NCBI GenBank assembly: GCA_040954595.2
Contig: CM082595.2
Span: forward strand, 7,608,317-7,672,316
DNA from: Balanoglossus misakiensis
Taxonomy: Eukaryota > Animalia > Hemichordata
Reading direction: 5' to 3'
Length of the DNA stretch: 64,000 nt
This document shows positions 25,443 to 38,323 of this stretch, in pieces. The first letter of the stretch is position 1, and the number at the start of each line of letters is the position of its first letter. A program made the translations under genes and the position numbers. The notes under the pieces are model-generated. The model ran no database searches and was not told the origin of the DNA. It saw nothing but the letters and a program-made list of their open reading frames with translations.

Positions 25443-28400
25443 CTAAGCCGGTCTTATTTTCATCTCGGTACTCTTCAAAGAATAATAATACTCTTTCCAT
25501 GTATACCAATTTATCCCCGTACCGAACTCTTCCGTCTCTCCACCAAGGTACTGACCATTCAAATTGGATTTATGACAATGATTGTGCCACCATGCCCCGG
25601 TGTACAATTTGGCACAGTTTCTCGCATGTAAGTCATTGTCCCGATCTCTGGTTGTGAAATAGTGGTTGTTATGGTACTCAAGACTATCTCCTGCAGAATA
25701 GAGAGAGGGGGAAGAGGGAGTGGGAGGAAGAGAGAGGGGGGAGAGGGAGGGAGGGAGAGAGAGGGGGAGAGGGGGAGAGGGAGAGAGAAAGAGAGAGAAA
25801 AAGAGAGGGGAAGAGAGAGAGGTGAGAGAGGGAGTAGGAGGGGGAGAGAGAGGGGGAGAGAGAAAGAGAGAGGGGGAAGAGAGAGAGGGGAGAGAGGGAG
25901 TAGGAGGGGGAGAGGGAGGGAGAGAGAGAGAAAAATACAGAGTCAGTCAGAGAGAGAGAGAGCGGTCATCTTCTAGCAAAAAGTTAGTTCATCAAAGAAA
26001 TATCGTGGCTAATCGCCAAATATCACGACATAATAGTATAAAAGCTGTACTGCCAATTGTTCCCCTTCTGTTTCACTACTTCTTCAACCTCAAATGTTAA
26101 CAGCTATCTACAATACGGGGATTAGGCAGTACATTAAAATATTCCACATATTATGTACATGTATACACACCACACCCTACAGCTGAGAATAGCAAGGCTT
26201 CACGAGTATACGCTGGGGAAAGCAGTGAGCGCCCTCGTACGACATATTTTCCAGTCAAGCATGCATGCTGAGACAACTGTCTACGTACCTGCGTCTCCGC
26301 TATATTCTCCAACAGTCAGGTTATATTTACTGAATTCGTCACCAATGGCGAATGCATCATATTTGGCGTATCTTGTTTCGTTTTCAAAATCCTCCATGTC
26401 GATTCTGAGTTCATAAGTCTGTTGATATGTCAATCGATGCAGATTATCATTTCCTAGCCAGAACTCGGCAGCAGGAAACCCAAATCCATTCTTGTAGGCA
26501 TTCCAGTTACGGTAGAAATCTAAGTTACCATCGCGTCTTCTTTGAAAGACCTTTAAAATTAAAAGAAGGGGTGGGCAAAAAATAGATTATTGCGTTACTC
26601 ACGTCGTACTAGCTTTACATATTTAGTTGAATTCAGTTTTTATTCACATTTTTTTTTTCAGAACGTTTTATTTTCAATGCCAAGCATACAACATAGAGAG
26701 AAAGGTCTATGTGCAAACATTGCAAAATAATATTCTTACACACCGTCCATCCTCCGTTATCTGTCTCCATATCACAGTAGACTTCGAATTGGGTTCCGTT
26801 GTCCATGGGTTGCACAGTGTATACGCCACTTGGGGTTCCTTGGTTCCACTGATAGATGTCATAGCAATCCACCGGTGGCCGATGGTCTGAAATACAGGCA
26901 CCATCCCCGAATCATTTTTGACGTTTAGATAAAGCGAATCGATAACGTACAGAACGGATAGACGGTAGAGCTTTTTCTGGACAGCCTTACACAGGGTCGC
27001 GAATCCAGCTATGTGACTCGACAAGGGCCGGGGCAGAATTAACAGGGGAAGAGTTTGAGTATTCTAAAAAAAATCTTAATAAATCTTGACATGGCATATT
27101 GAGAGAACGTTAACAGTTGTATGTAGCGCATGTCCCGGCAGGAATAATGTTATGAATCCCATAGAAAAGTTTCACTTTCGCTCTTTATTGAAATTGTACA
27201 TGTGAATGCACATTTATCTTTAGCTCCGAAACTTATAAGAACTCAAGAATTTGTTATTCCGTGAGGTATAAGCTTATGACAAAATATGTGTTCTGACCCG
27301 GGTCTCGGCTTACGGTAATGGCGGGCTCTACGCCACATAACCTCGACCACAAGACCCCGTATAACACTGACCAGCTTCGAAGATTAATACTGACAAGCTT
27401 CTCTCTCTCTCCCTCTCTCCCCCTCCCTCCCCCTCCCCCTCCCTCCCTCTCTCCCTCCCCTCCCTCTCTCCCTCCCCCTCCCTCTCTCTCTCGTTCCACT
27501 AACTTGCAATGGGCTCTGAGTGTCCGGGGCCACTTGAACTAGATAAAAGGAATATAGGAGTTAACACAGAGAAATTCCACCAGGAGAACAACTGCGATCA
27601 CTCTAAGTTTTCATATTCCAAAATTCAAAATTTCCATTAAACAAAGACAAAAATGTGCAAAAAGTGCAAGAATCTCTTGAAGCCTACCGATACAGGTTCC
27701 GTTCACTGCCAGACAACCGGAAAGAACGTCGCCTCCGGACCATTTCCATGGAAACCCGGAGTTACCACCAGGGAATACATCAACGCAGATAAACATGACG
27801 TCGTGACATCCGGTATCAACCAAGTCTAGATCTGTTTCCATGAAAGTAACGTTATACATGGATATTAATATGTTCGGTGAGATAGACAAGGTAATGGAAG
27901 TGACGTTGGTTGGTGGAGAAGTCACAAGAGCTGGGTCTTCCTCGGTAGTCTTCAGGTTCAAATTCATGCCGAATACATTGTTAATTTCAGTGGAGAACTG
28001 TGCTGTGTCCGGTCCAATCGCTATGCTAACGTCGAGGGAAAAGCGTTTCGATGAACCCATGACGAGGTCAACATTGCTGTTGGAACTAACACTCACATCG
28101 AGAGATAGTCCGTCGATTTGATCTGAAGGGAATAAGAAAGCTAAACGTATATCTGATGATCCAGTAAACGTATAGCTGCCAGCTTCATGTTCCATAGACA
28201 ATCAATTTAAACATGTGCATCTGCTACAAATGCACTGCAGAATGCTACATGTGTCGAGTTTTTGTATCTACAAGGAAACGCACGAGAAAAATTACCCGGA
28301 AATAGCTGCATCTCTGAAGCTATGATTACGGATAAAAACCATGATTTTAATTCTAACTCACGTGTACAAGTCGTCACCTCAACACAGTTTGTGATACACC

Positions 28401-31049
28401 AGTCTTCGTAGAGCCACAAACGGGGGGCGTCCTTCATAGGAGAAATGTCGACGCACACATATGGGTACGTTGTACAGCCCATATCACGGAGGTCGTAGGT
28501 TGCCATCAGGTTTTCCATGTTCACGTTGGAATTTGGAAGAATGACGGCCATTGTTGGCGAGATATGATCAGCTAAAACTTTCTTCGAGTGTGGATGCCCT
28601 GCTGCATTGGCGGAGAAGTAGAGCTGAACGTCGAATAAGATATCCTCCATACTTGTGTAGTTTCCCGTATCATTTCCGAGGTACAATTCAACGCCAATAC
28701 ATAACAACTGTGATGTTCCCATGGTTACGTTCATGTCTGCAAACACTTGCATATCAATTGGATCAATGGGGTCTGTGAAGAAAAGATGAAAAACCATTAT
28801 GTATGAACATGGCATCGTGCAATGAAAACTTCCTGGAAATGGGTTATCCATGATTCTCTTGCCGGTACATTGCATGTAATGAGTATTAAATGTTCTGACT
28901 GATAGCTTACGTGTTTCTTAACCTGTAAAATAGAGTCACGCAAGTGTTGATATTGATACGGTACAAAAACGTCACAAATGTCATGACATCAATCTAATGT
29001 TTGATAGGGGCTGTGGGAACGCCACGACCTAATCATCATTATTGAACTTATATACTCACAGAGACAATCTCCTATCTTTACACAGGCAGTTCTCTTCACG
29101 TCGCCTGTCATCTGCCAAACTTCTGTGTCAACTGGATAAATCTCAACACAAATGAAGTTGTAGTGGTTGCACGGTATAGGATCTAAGTTGGCCTGAACAT
29201 CTACCAGCACAGCCATATGATTAGAAAGTGTGACGTCATGTCCAGGTACAACAGCTGTTGTCCTGTGGGTCTGCCTTGCCCCCTCATCTCCCAGTGTTAC
29301 GAGCGCTGACGTTTCTGTTGTATTGACACGCACGCCGGTTGCGGTTGTTTTGTCTGCACCACTGGAAGTCCCAGTTGCCATTGTTGTATTACCCAGAGAG
29401 CTATTCGTGGGAGCAGTCTCTGGGGAAGCTGTCGACGAAACCAGGTCACCCCCAGCCCCGCTGACGTCAGACACAGCCAGGAAAGCGTTGATTGAAAACA
29501 AATCCGCTGCAGTGCCCTCTACTGTTCGGCTGGCGTAAACAATCAGCAGTTCAACGTTCAAATGGAAGTCAATCTGCCGACCTTGCACAACATCCGGGAT
29601 ATAATCAGGATGGACGCGGAGGGTTGGAGTCGCACTGATCAATGCTTCAAAGAGAAAGAGATTTGACCACGTCATTTTGTGCTGGTGTCTATTTTAGGGT
29701 TAATAATTAATGTTAGCAAAGGCAACGTGAGATGGGTAGTTTATATAGCTGTTGTTACAAAATTGCAGCCATTGGTGTTACTAACATGTCAAGTATCGTG
29801 TGATAAGGAACAGTGGCTAAAACTGGCCTACTGAGAAGAAGCAAAAAGACCAAGGGCAGGTGGAAGCCAATCCATTTATATACGCACACGTATCTGCCAT
29901 CGATGCCAACAAACAGCAACTTTACCGTTTATACACATATTCGCACACAGTGTTAACGTTTTTAAAATAATATTATAACTCGCAAATAATTGAAAATCCA
30001 ACAGAATATTGTAAAATTTTGTACTGCAAATTTATTGAAACACTTTGATCATCTTGACCATGGTAATACTTTTGGTATGTTTAATTAGAAAAGGAGATTA
30101 TTTTATCAATTACCTGGATCCGATGGTTGTGTTGTATGCAATGGCATGAGCGTTGTCTCAGGATTTTCAACGGACTGTCCCTTTTCACCAAGGCCGAACA
30201 TTTCACCTTAAGAAGGAATCAACATATGTATGTACTCAAATTGCCTAACTAGGTCAGTATGAATATATACGAATATTTATAAGTTAACGTGTGATTAAAG
30301 ATGTTTGGATATTTCGAAGAGCAATAAATTTTTACCCGCATGCAAGAAAATTGATAAATGGAAGAAATTAAATGGTTGTTCTCTATTAAACCATGATTGA
30401 GACGGACAAAAAAATACATACAAATAAAAACCCCACCCGCAGCACCACCACCAGCGAGTATCAGCCCTGTGGTGAGTAAGGCCCCGATGATAACCTTCCG
30501 CCGCCGTTTCTGGCCCGTCTTGACATCGGTCTGTGAAGCAAACAAAATATATATATTGTGACGGAAGCCCGGACGTTCCCGCCTTTGAAAACCGGTAGCG
30601 CAGACGGACCAGCTCTCTCCACACACGGCGGTCGGAACTCGCCGAAAAGCAAACGTCTCGTCGAAGATATCGGCCCACACCGAACTGCTACGGCGAACAC
30701 GTCTTAGATCTCGCGATCGGTGACCCGGGGCTGGCTATCCGGTAGGGATTAAACCACAGGGGACTCTCCCTCCGCGATTTTGTTTGTTTGTTTGTTAGTT
30801 TGTTGTTCGTTGTTGTTGTTGATGATTTTTGGCATAATAAACAAATACATTTTTCTTTATTAATAAATATGTCAACAAACCATATTTATTGATAAAGAAA
30901 TATGTATTTGTTTATTATAGCGAAAAACTTCATATCAAACATTCATATCATGCAGTTATTACAGCCAGATGGTAAACGGCTACAATTCTACGTTTCAAGT
31001 CCTTTCCCCTTACCTTATCCCTAAATGGTGCTACTTTACTGCTTTTCAT
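25443..31049 (-). CDS. Type II membrane fibrinogen-related protein (FIBCD1-like topology) with three novel extracellular repeats, 9 exons, ~770 aa
   Basis: Exons 31049-31014 ([12 protein letters not shown], in-frame stop upstream), 30530-30422 (KRRRK plus [26 protein letters not shown]), 30206-30114, 29644-29060, 28772-28362, 28122-27688, 26886-26744 (DCYDI...SGVYTVQP...[13 protein letters not shown]), 26550-26289 ([14 protein letters not shown]...GFG....EFWLGND), 25690-25443 (GDSL.YHN...FTT.DRDND...NCA....GAWW...C..SNLNG...EMKIRP*). Confidence 0.9.
25700..25961. repeat. GA-rich simple repeat (CT-rich tract abutting the last FReP acceptor); similar CT tract at 27400-27492
   Basis: (GA)n/(GGGA)n mosaic. 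Confidence 0.9.
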
Positions 31050-31689
31050 CTCGGAGGTGAAATAACTTCAGTTTCGTCCCTTCCTTTCTATCACAGTGCT
31101 CCACTTTCGAGGAGCGTCTCTGACTTGGGTCGACGTCGGCAAGTCTCGCGATATCAAACAAGTGCATCTAGTTTTATTCTCTGTTTTCAAAGTTTTGAGG
31201 GCTATTATGTTTTTGTCTGTCACCGACGGTCATACCACTTTGAACACAGGAAAAATAACTTTGGGCAGAAAGACGTAGCCAGGCAACACAAATTTAGTTT
31301 AGAATGGTATAAAACGTTCATTTGTTCAGGTAACATTATCTTAGTGGGAACCGATGGAACACTATTCACTATTTTAAAAAAGAACATAGCCCAGTGTGTC
31401 GTATATCAATTAAGATTACAACCATGTGTTGGGAAGAATGTATGTATAATACATATATCCTTTCCTAAGGTAATTGAATAGTTTAAATATAATCCGCCCC
31501 GACGAATAAGAGGATTGAAGGTGTACCGGTTCATTATTTTCCACTTTGTTCTTTGGTTATAGCTGCAGACCATGCAAGAATGTTTGCTTTCATGGGACCA
31601 CGTGGTTTGAAAAGGTGTTAAAAGTTTGCCACGGGCCTGCCTACTCGAGTTGCTCACTTCATTTTTCTCTGGTGTTCTTATTAGTCCAG

Positions 31690-32855
31690 GAGATAGGTGC
31701 CGTTATTCAGAATTTTTGGTAAGGAAGGTTTGAGAAGTCCATTCTATGTAAAAAATGGTGCTGATTCCAAAAAGTCAGTCTTATTGACCCCACTCAAGAC
31801 AAAATTGGCAATTTGGCCATTTTAACCCAAAAATGGTCTTTTTTAGAAAACACTAAAAAGACACTGTTTTCGTCACACTCTGAGATTTGATGACATATGA
31901 TATGTTTATTCTATGTAAAAGTTGGTGAATAATACGAAAAAAGCAGTCAGATTGACCCAAAACAACACAAAATTGCCTTTTTGACCATTTTTTGCCCCAA
32001 AAACGTCATTTTTAGAAAAAATTAAAACACATGGTTTTCTTCATAATGATTTATCTGGTGATATATGGAAAGCCAATTCTATGTTAAAAGCGGTGACTTT
32101 AAAAAGTAAAGCAGTTTTTTTACCTCAACCAATACAAAAATGCCATTTTTGGCCAATTTTTGAGGTCAAAAAGGGTCATTTTTACAAAAAAAAACTAAAA
32201 ACAAACTGTTTTCTTCATATTCAGAGATCATTTGATATGAAGTCTTCATTCTAGGTAAAAAAATTGTGCTGATTCCAGAAATACCAGTCTTATTGACCCT
32301 ACTCAAGACAAAATGCCATTTTTGACACTTTTTGCCCAAAAACGTCAATTTTAGAAAAACACTCAAAACTTATATATTTTCTTCACTTTCGGAGATCTGA
32401 TAATGTATTATATGCCCACCCTATGTAAAATTTGGTTATTATTCCAAAAAGGATTTATTGAACCAACTTAATGCAAAAATGCCTTTTTTGGAATTTTTTG
32501 CCCAAAAAGGCCATTTTTAGAAAAAATTAAAAACAAACTTTTCTTCATAAAGTTCAGAGATCATGTCATATATGAAATGTTCATTCTATGGTACTGATTC
32601 CGGAAATAGCAGTCTTATTGACCCTACTCAATAAAAAATGCCATTTTGCCACTTTTTGCCCAAAAAAGTAATTTTTAGAAAACACTCAAAATTTATTTAT
32701 TTTCTTCACTTTCGGAGATCTGATAATGTATTATATGCCCACTCTATGTGACAAATTTCCAAAAAAGCAGTTTTATTGATGCCACTCAAGATAAAAGCGC
32801 CTTTTTGACAAGTTTTTGCCCAAAAAGTGTCATTTCTAGAAAATACTAAAAAAAT
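31690..32855. repeat. Diverged AT-rich satellite array, ~7 units of ~158-172 bp
   Basis: Anchor CTATGT/CTAGGT/CTATGG at 31744, 31911, 32079, 32251, 32421, 32586, 32744; recurring TTATTGACCC..CTCAA..AAAA..GCC.TTTT..GCCCAAAA..TTTAGAAAA. Confidence 0.8.
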
Positions 32856-33770
32856 GTTGTATTCACTGAACTGTTTGCTAATATTACTATTCAGATTTAT
32901 GGGCATGTAAACAAACCATTACTGAGTATTTGTGGTCAGTGACGTCGTTCATCTCGACCAATTAAAATGCGACTCACAGGCCATGGTAATATAATAAAGA
33001 AATATGTATTTGTTTATTATGCCAATCAACAACAACAACAACAACAACAACAAACAAACAAACAAACAATAAAATCGCGGAGGGAGAGCCGCCTGTGGAC
33101 AAACCACCGGGCCCTGCCCCACTGATCATGAGCTGCAATGCTCTTGGCTCTCAGCCGTCCCAGTCGGTAACAAGTTGTTACGGCACTTACACGTAATCTT
33201 CTCGGTTCGGCCTTTAATTTACACGATCCCGGCTGTTTCGGCCCAGACGCAAACCAATTCTGCAATTTGCAGTTCAGTGAAGTTGGCGAACGGGATAGTC
33301 CGGGAACGCCGGGAGCAGGAACGCCGGGAGCACGCAGGGCTAGCGAACGGGACAATTTACAAAATGACATACATTGTAATAGTATTAGAAGCGAGCGTGT
33401 TGTCAGATCAGTGGGACTGTCATTACGATCCAGGGATTACGATAGGCATGATAGGGAAATTATAAGGAGCGAGTGTGATCAACAGTGGGTTTGTTTACAA
33501 CACACAGCGACTTGACCTGCTGCGGCCGCAGCCGGCTCGACGCGATCTCGTGGATCGTACGCGTGGTTGGACTGACAAAAATGACAAAGAAAGAGAACCA
33601 CATTAGGAAGTATTATAGGTCCGTCTCCTCGAAGTCGAATAAGTGTGCACAACAAAACACAAGGCACATCAAACCGGAAGTTTGCAGTTCGCTTGCCTGG
33701 TTTGAAATGCGCGGTGGTAGAAAATTACCCATTGTGCTTTGCGGCGTGACCCAGCTGACGCTATTCTATC

Positions 33771-35422
33771 ATGGCGACTAGCGAGGATGAAAGCGACTTG
33801 TCGTTAATAACTGCAGCAGGGTCTGATGTTGAGAATTCTTCAAGTGATATCAGTGAGTCAGATTCTGATGAAAGTTTTGAAGGTGACTACGAATCTGATG
33901 TCGACGATATTGATGGTATTGCCGCCCCTTGGGTCCGCGTTTTCGCACCCGAAGAGGAACGCGAAGTGCCGTTTCCAGTCCAGGAAGTAACTGGTCCCCG
34001 GCGAGTTCCTGCCAGAGCTGCGTCAGCACTTGAGTATTATATGTTGTTTCTGACAGTTGATCTTCTGAACACATTTGTTCGGGAGACAAATAGATATGCA
34101 ACTTCTTTCGTTCAAGCAAACCAAGCAAGACTTGGACCATCGTCGAGAGTATGGAGGTGGGTTCGATACGGGGGACACAACGTTGATTGAAATGAAGGCG
34201 TTTATTGCAGTTATCCTCAACATGGGCCTGATAAAAAAAATCGTATCGCCGACTACTGGGAGACAAAATATGCATCACAGTCAACTCCGTGGTTCAGAAC
34301 AGTGTTTTCAAGGAACAGATTTCAGTTGCTATTGAAGTTTTTCCATATTGTCAACAACGAAACACTTCCACAACATGGAGATCCCGCATATGATCCCCGG
34401 AATAAATTTCAATCTCTTATTGACCACTGCAACCGACTATTCCGGTACTACTACACACCACGGCAACAATTGTCCGTTGATGAATCCCTGGTTGGTAGCC
34501 GCAATAGAACCGATCTCATCCAGTATATGCCAGCAAAACACCATCACAGATATGGCATAAAATTGTGGGTAGCCTGTGAAAGTCTGTCTGGATACATCTG
34601 TTCTTTATTGGCCTATGGAGGGGCAGTCAGAGAGAGGGGTGGTGAGAATGGCCTATCGTATGATGTTGTCATGCGTCTTCAAATAGCCCAGCTGCTGCAA
34701 AAAGGGTACCACGTCGTCGTAGACAACTTCTATACAGGCATAACACTTGCCAGAAACCTACTAGCTAACCAGACATACTTGACTGGAACTCTCCGCTCCA
34801 ATTGCAGGGGAATACCTGCTATGATCGGAATACCAAACCACCGGTTGGTGACACGGAATATGCCAGACAAGGGCATCTACTCTGCGCATCATTTCGAGGA
34901 AAAGCATCACGAAAACCAGTCATGCTTCTATCATCACAAATGTCTGCACAGGTTGATGAAGATCACCGACCCAAACCACAAATTGTCACGTTTTACAACA
35001 GGTACATGTGTAGCGTTGACATGGCAGACATGATGTTGTATGTTTATAACGATGAGAGGAAGTCAGTGAAATTTTGGAAAAAGATGGTCTTCAATCTTCT
35101 TCATCGCATGATGCTCAACGCTTACATCCTCTACAAACAAAACACAAATCATGACCATGTGTTCACCCGAGAAGAGTTCTACAAGGAAGTGATTGAGGGA
35201 TTGGCAGGGGACCACATCACAAACACTGGAGGCATCCAAGTGAACAGCAACAACCATGATCGTCACCAATGTCTCCGGAGACTCCCGGACAATCGTGAGA
35301 AAGATTGCTGTGTGTGTTCCGATCGAGCAGCTGGCATACGCCATAGATCCCGCACTGTTTGTGCGACATGCCAGCGAGGTCTTCATCGGGACTGCATGGA
35401 CAACCACCAGTGCCGGGGTTAA
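33771..35422 (+). mobile_element. piggyBac (PGBD4-like) transposase, inactivated by about 3 frameshifts
   Basis: Acidic N-terminus; SRNRFQLLLKFFH; DDD triad LSVDES / VVDNFYT / YNRYMCSVDMADM; KFWKKMVFNLL; C-terminal C..C...C..C...LH..C Cys-rich domain. Possible degenerate left end TTGACC at ~33512. Confidence 0.9.
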
Positions 35423-35425
35423 ACT

Positions 35426-35610
35426 ACATACATACATACATACATACATACATACATACATACATACATACATACATACATACATACATACATACATACA
35501 TACATACATACATACATACATACATACATACATACATACATACATACATACATACATACATACATACATACATACATACATACATACATACATACATACA
35601 TACATACATA
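35426..35610. repeat. (TACA)n microsatellite
   Basis: Long perfect tetranucleotide run starting just after the transposase stop. Confidence 0.97.
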
Positions 35611-36340
35611 CGTACGTACGTACACATATATATATACGCCTATGACAACAACCATTAAATGTTTTACTAGTATTACAATTATATGCATTGTTATGCATAA
35701 CTTCATGTTTTCAAATATCAAATTTGCATATAGTTTGTATATTTTAGGCAACCACATTTTGACATTTCTTGTATGAAGATATTATTGACTGTCCTGAATA
35801 AAGCATTTTATGTATTCACTTATTTTTATATGTAGGATCAATAAAGTCATCAATATGGTCCATACTCAATGTTGTTTTATGTGTTTATATTCACAGAACA
35901 GAACAGTTCACCTTCCTCCATATTTTTCAAATAAATTTGTGAAATTGTTCTATTTGTGTCACATAGCTGGAAGAGTAACACTCTTTGACTCTTTAGGTCA
36001 TTTCTATAAACATATAAATGATCACTTACTCATAATTTACTAAAAAAGTAATTTGTAAAGTGTTTTGTGTATGATTTGTATAACCAGAATGGTATGACAT
36101 CATATCTCATTTACATATTCATGAGCTAATTAGAATATATTTGGGACTAAATAAAAACCCATATCTAAAGCTTTCTAATGATATATAGGTGTACTGGGGT
36201 TCGACAACAATATTCAAAGTTATTACATTATACTCCTAGGTATGTATCAGTTATTATGCTTATACCCTTTATTATATTCATTTATCCGGTTATTACCAGA
36301 GTGTGACGTCATACTATAGTTATAAGAAATCGACAGATTG

Positions 36341-36799
36341 CATTGAACACCTATTGCCTGGCCATGAGGGCCATAGCGGCCGTTTATTACACCCGAGGGG
36401 CTGTGAGTTACCAGAATCATATGCTATTTCCCGAGGCCGCAGGCCGAGGGAAATAGCATATGATTCTGGTAACTCACAGCCACGAGGGGGTAAAAACGGC
36501 TGCTATGGCCCGAATATAGGCCAGGCTATAGGTGTTTTATAATAAACCTCATGCTAACAGCTGGGAAAATCTTGCAATTTTCTCTTGAGGTTGGCAGACG
36601 ACATCTTCCGCGGTGGCCATTGTGTCAGACGACGCGACGCTGATTGACGTGACCGAGTGTGCGCACTCACGCTGGTCACGTGACCGGTTTATATTTATTT
36701 CTGCTATTTCCCTAGCGGTTCATAGTCGATTCTATTTTCCTATCACGTGACGGATTCTGGCGAATCACGGCACAGTATTAGCATGAGGTATATTATAAT
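36341..36799 (+). mobile_element. Hairpin non-autonomous element (Crypton-like)
   Basis: ~180-bp internal palindrome centred on CCGAGGCCGCAGGCCGAGG; flanked by direct repeat ATACTATAGT (36311-36320 and 36805-36814). Confidence 0.7.
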
Positions 36800-36973
36800 G
36801 CGTAATACTATAGTGGGTGGGCTTTGAAATTTTGGAAATATGGGGTTACAACTAATAAAGCACATGTGAAATATAGTTTAATGTTGTTTTATTAGTTTGC
36901 TCGATGTATTGAAACTGTGGCGAGAAATTTTTGACGACTGTCGTCTGCGCTTCAAAAATTTGTTCGATCAAAG

Positions 36974-38320
36974 ATGTCAGCGACAGAGCGGTGCATGTCG
37001 TCGAACGACATTGACGATTTTATAACGAGCCAAAGAAAGCAGAACACTGTAAAATCGACCACAAACGCAGTGAAACAACTTAGGAAATTTCTAGAGGAGA
37101 CAGAAGATGGTGTAGCGACAGATATACGTGAAATTCCGCCTGAAATTCTGGACGGCTACCTTCATCGGGTCGAGGCAGAGCGACGGGTCTGACTACGAGC
37201 CGGACACTCTCACAACATACCAGCGTGGGATCGACAGGTATTTAGCGAAGAATGGATATAAATATTCCATTTGCAGGGATACATTATTCACCAAATCGCA
37301 AGAAGCCCTGCGAGCATAAAGATGCGAATTAAAGGGCAAGGGGAAAGGAAATAAATCCCGTGCGGCGGAACCACTGACCGACGATGAAATTACATGCGTG
37401 AGAAGGGTATGCTTGGAAATCATAGTCCCGAGTCACTTCTGTATACGGTTTGGTGGAACAACACCAAATTGTTAGGATTCCGGGCCTCCGATGAGAACAA
37501 GAAACTGCTCTGGGGAGACATCAGCTAAAAGAAAAGGCAGCGGGTCGGGATTATCTTGAATTTAACGAGCGCGACAACAAAACACGCTCCGGTCAACTCG
37601 CAAGTTTCGTTCGCCCGTATTGTCCAAAGATGTTTGCCGTAACCGATAAAGCTATCTGTCCTATAGAGTCATACAAGGCATACCGCTCTCATCGACCACC
37701 AGAGCTATGTATGCCCGAATCCCGTTTTACCTTGCCATTAACTACAACCCGATAACCAACATGTGATACAAGCGACAACCCATGGGAAAGAATAAACTAC
37801 AAAGCATAGTGCAGACCATGGCGACAAAAGCAGGCATTTCAGGCCGTAAAACAAACCACAGAGCCAGGAAAACAGCCATCCAAAAGTTGCACGATAGTGG
37901 TGTTGCACCCACACAAATAATGCAGCTTTTAGGGCACAGAAATGTTCAGTCGATCAACTCATATGCTGTAAACTCACTCTCCCAACAAGAGCGAATGTCT
38001 GACATCCTCGTCAAGGACAAACCGCAAACCGAGCTGGTACCTGTCACACGGCCCGCCCTTCCAACTGAAGATGTCACTCACACCTCACGCTCTTTTGCCC
38101 TACCAAGCTCTGTAAACAGCTGCAGCCATCCACACCAACTCACGTCTATCGCAGCATCTCCCTTCCAGTCTACATCATCGGACGGAGGTATCGTAGCGGC
38201 TGCAGCTGCGGGAATGTTTTCGGGGGCCACCATGACCGGGTGTACGATCAACGTAGCCATCAATGTTGCTGGGACCGCGAGTCAGCCAGCGCCGCGACCG
38301 TGTAAACGACGAGCCGTAAC
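36974..38320 (+). mobile_element. Crypton-type tyrosine recombinase (DUF3504/ZMYM-KCTD1-like) pseudogene
   Basis: Across frameshifts and stops: NTVKST, DGSDYEPDTLTTYQRGIDRYL, GKGNKSRAAEPLTDDE, LGFRASDE (R), KTRSG (K), CPIESYKAY, GKNKL, TNHRARKT (H-x-x-R), GHRNVQSINSY (H...Y). Confidence 0.85.
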
Positions 38321-38323
38321 GAG

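Noticed and set aside
25662-26100. Arg/Glu/Gly-rich ORFs
   Set aside because: Translations of the GA-rich simple repeat in a FReP intron
31690-32855. CRISPR-like repeat-spacer array
   Set aside because: Whole units are homologous with no unique spacers; eukaryotic context and no cas genes
35063-35757. ORFs with MYVC/HTYI repeats
   Set aside because: Translations of the (TACA)n microsatellite
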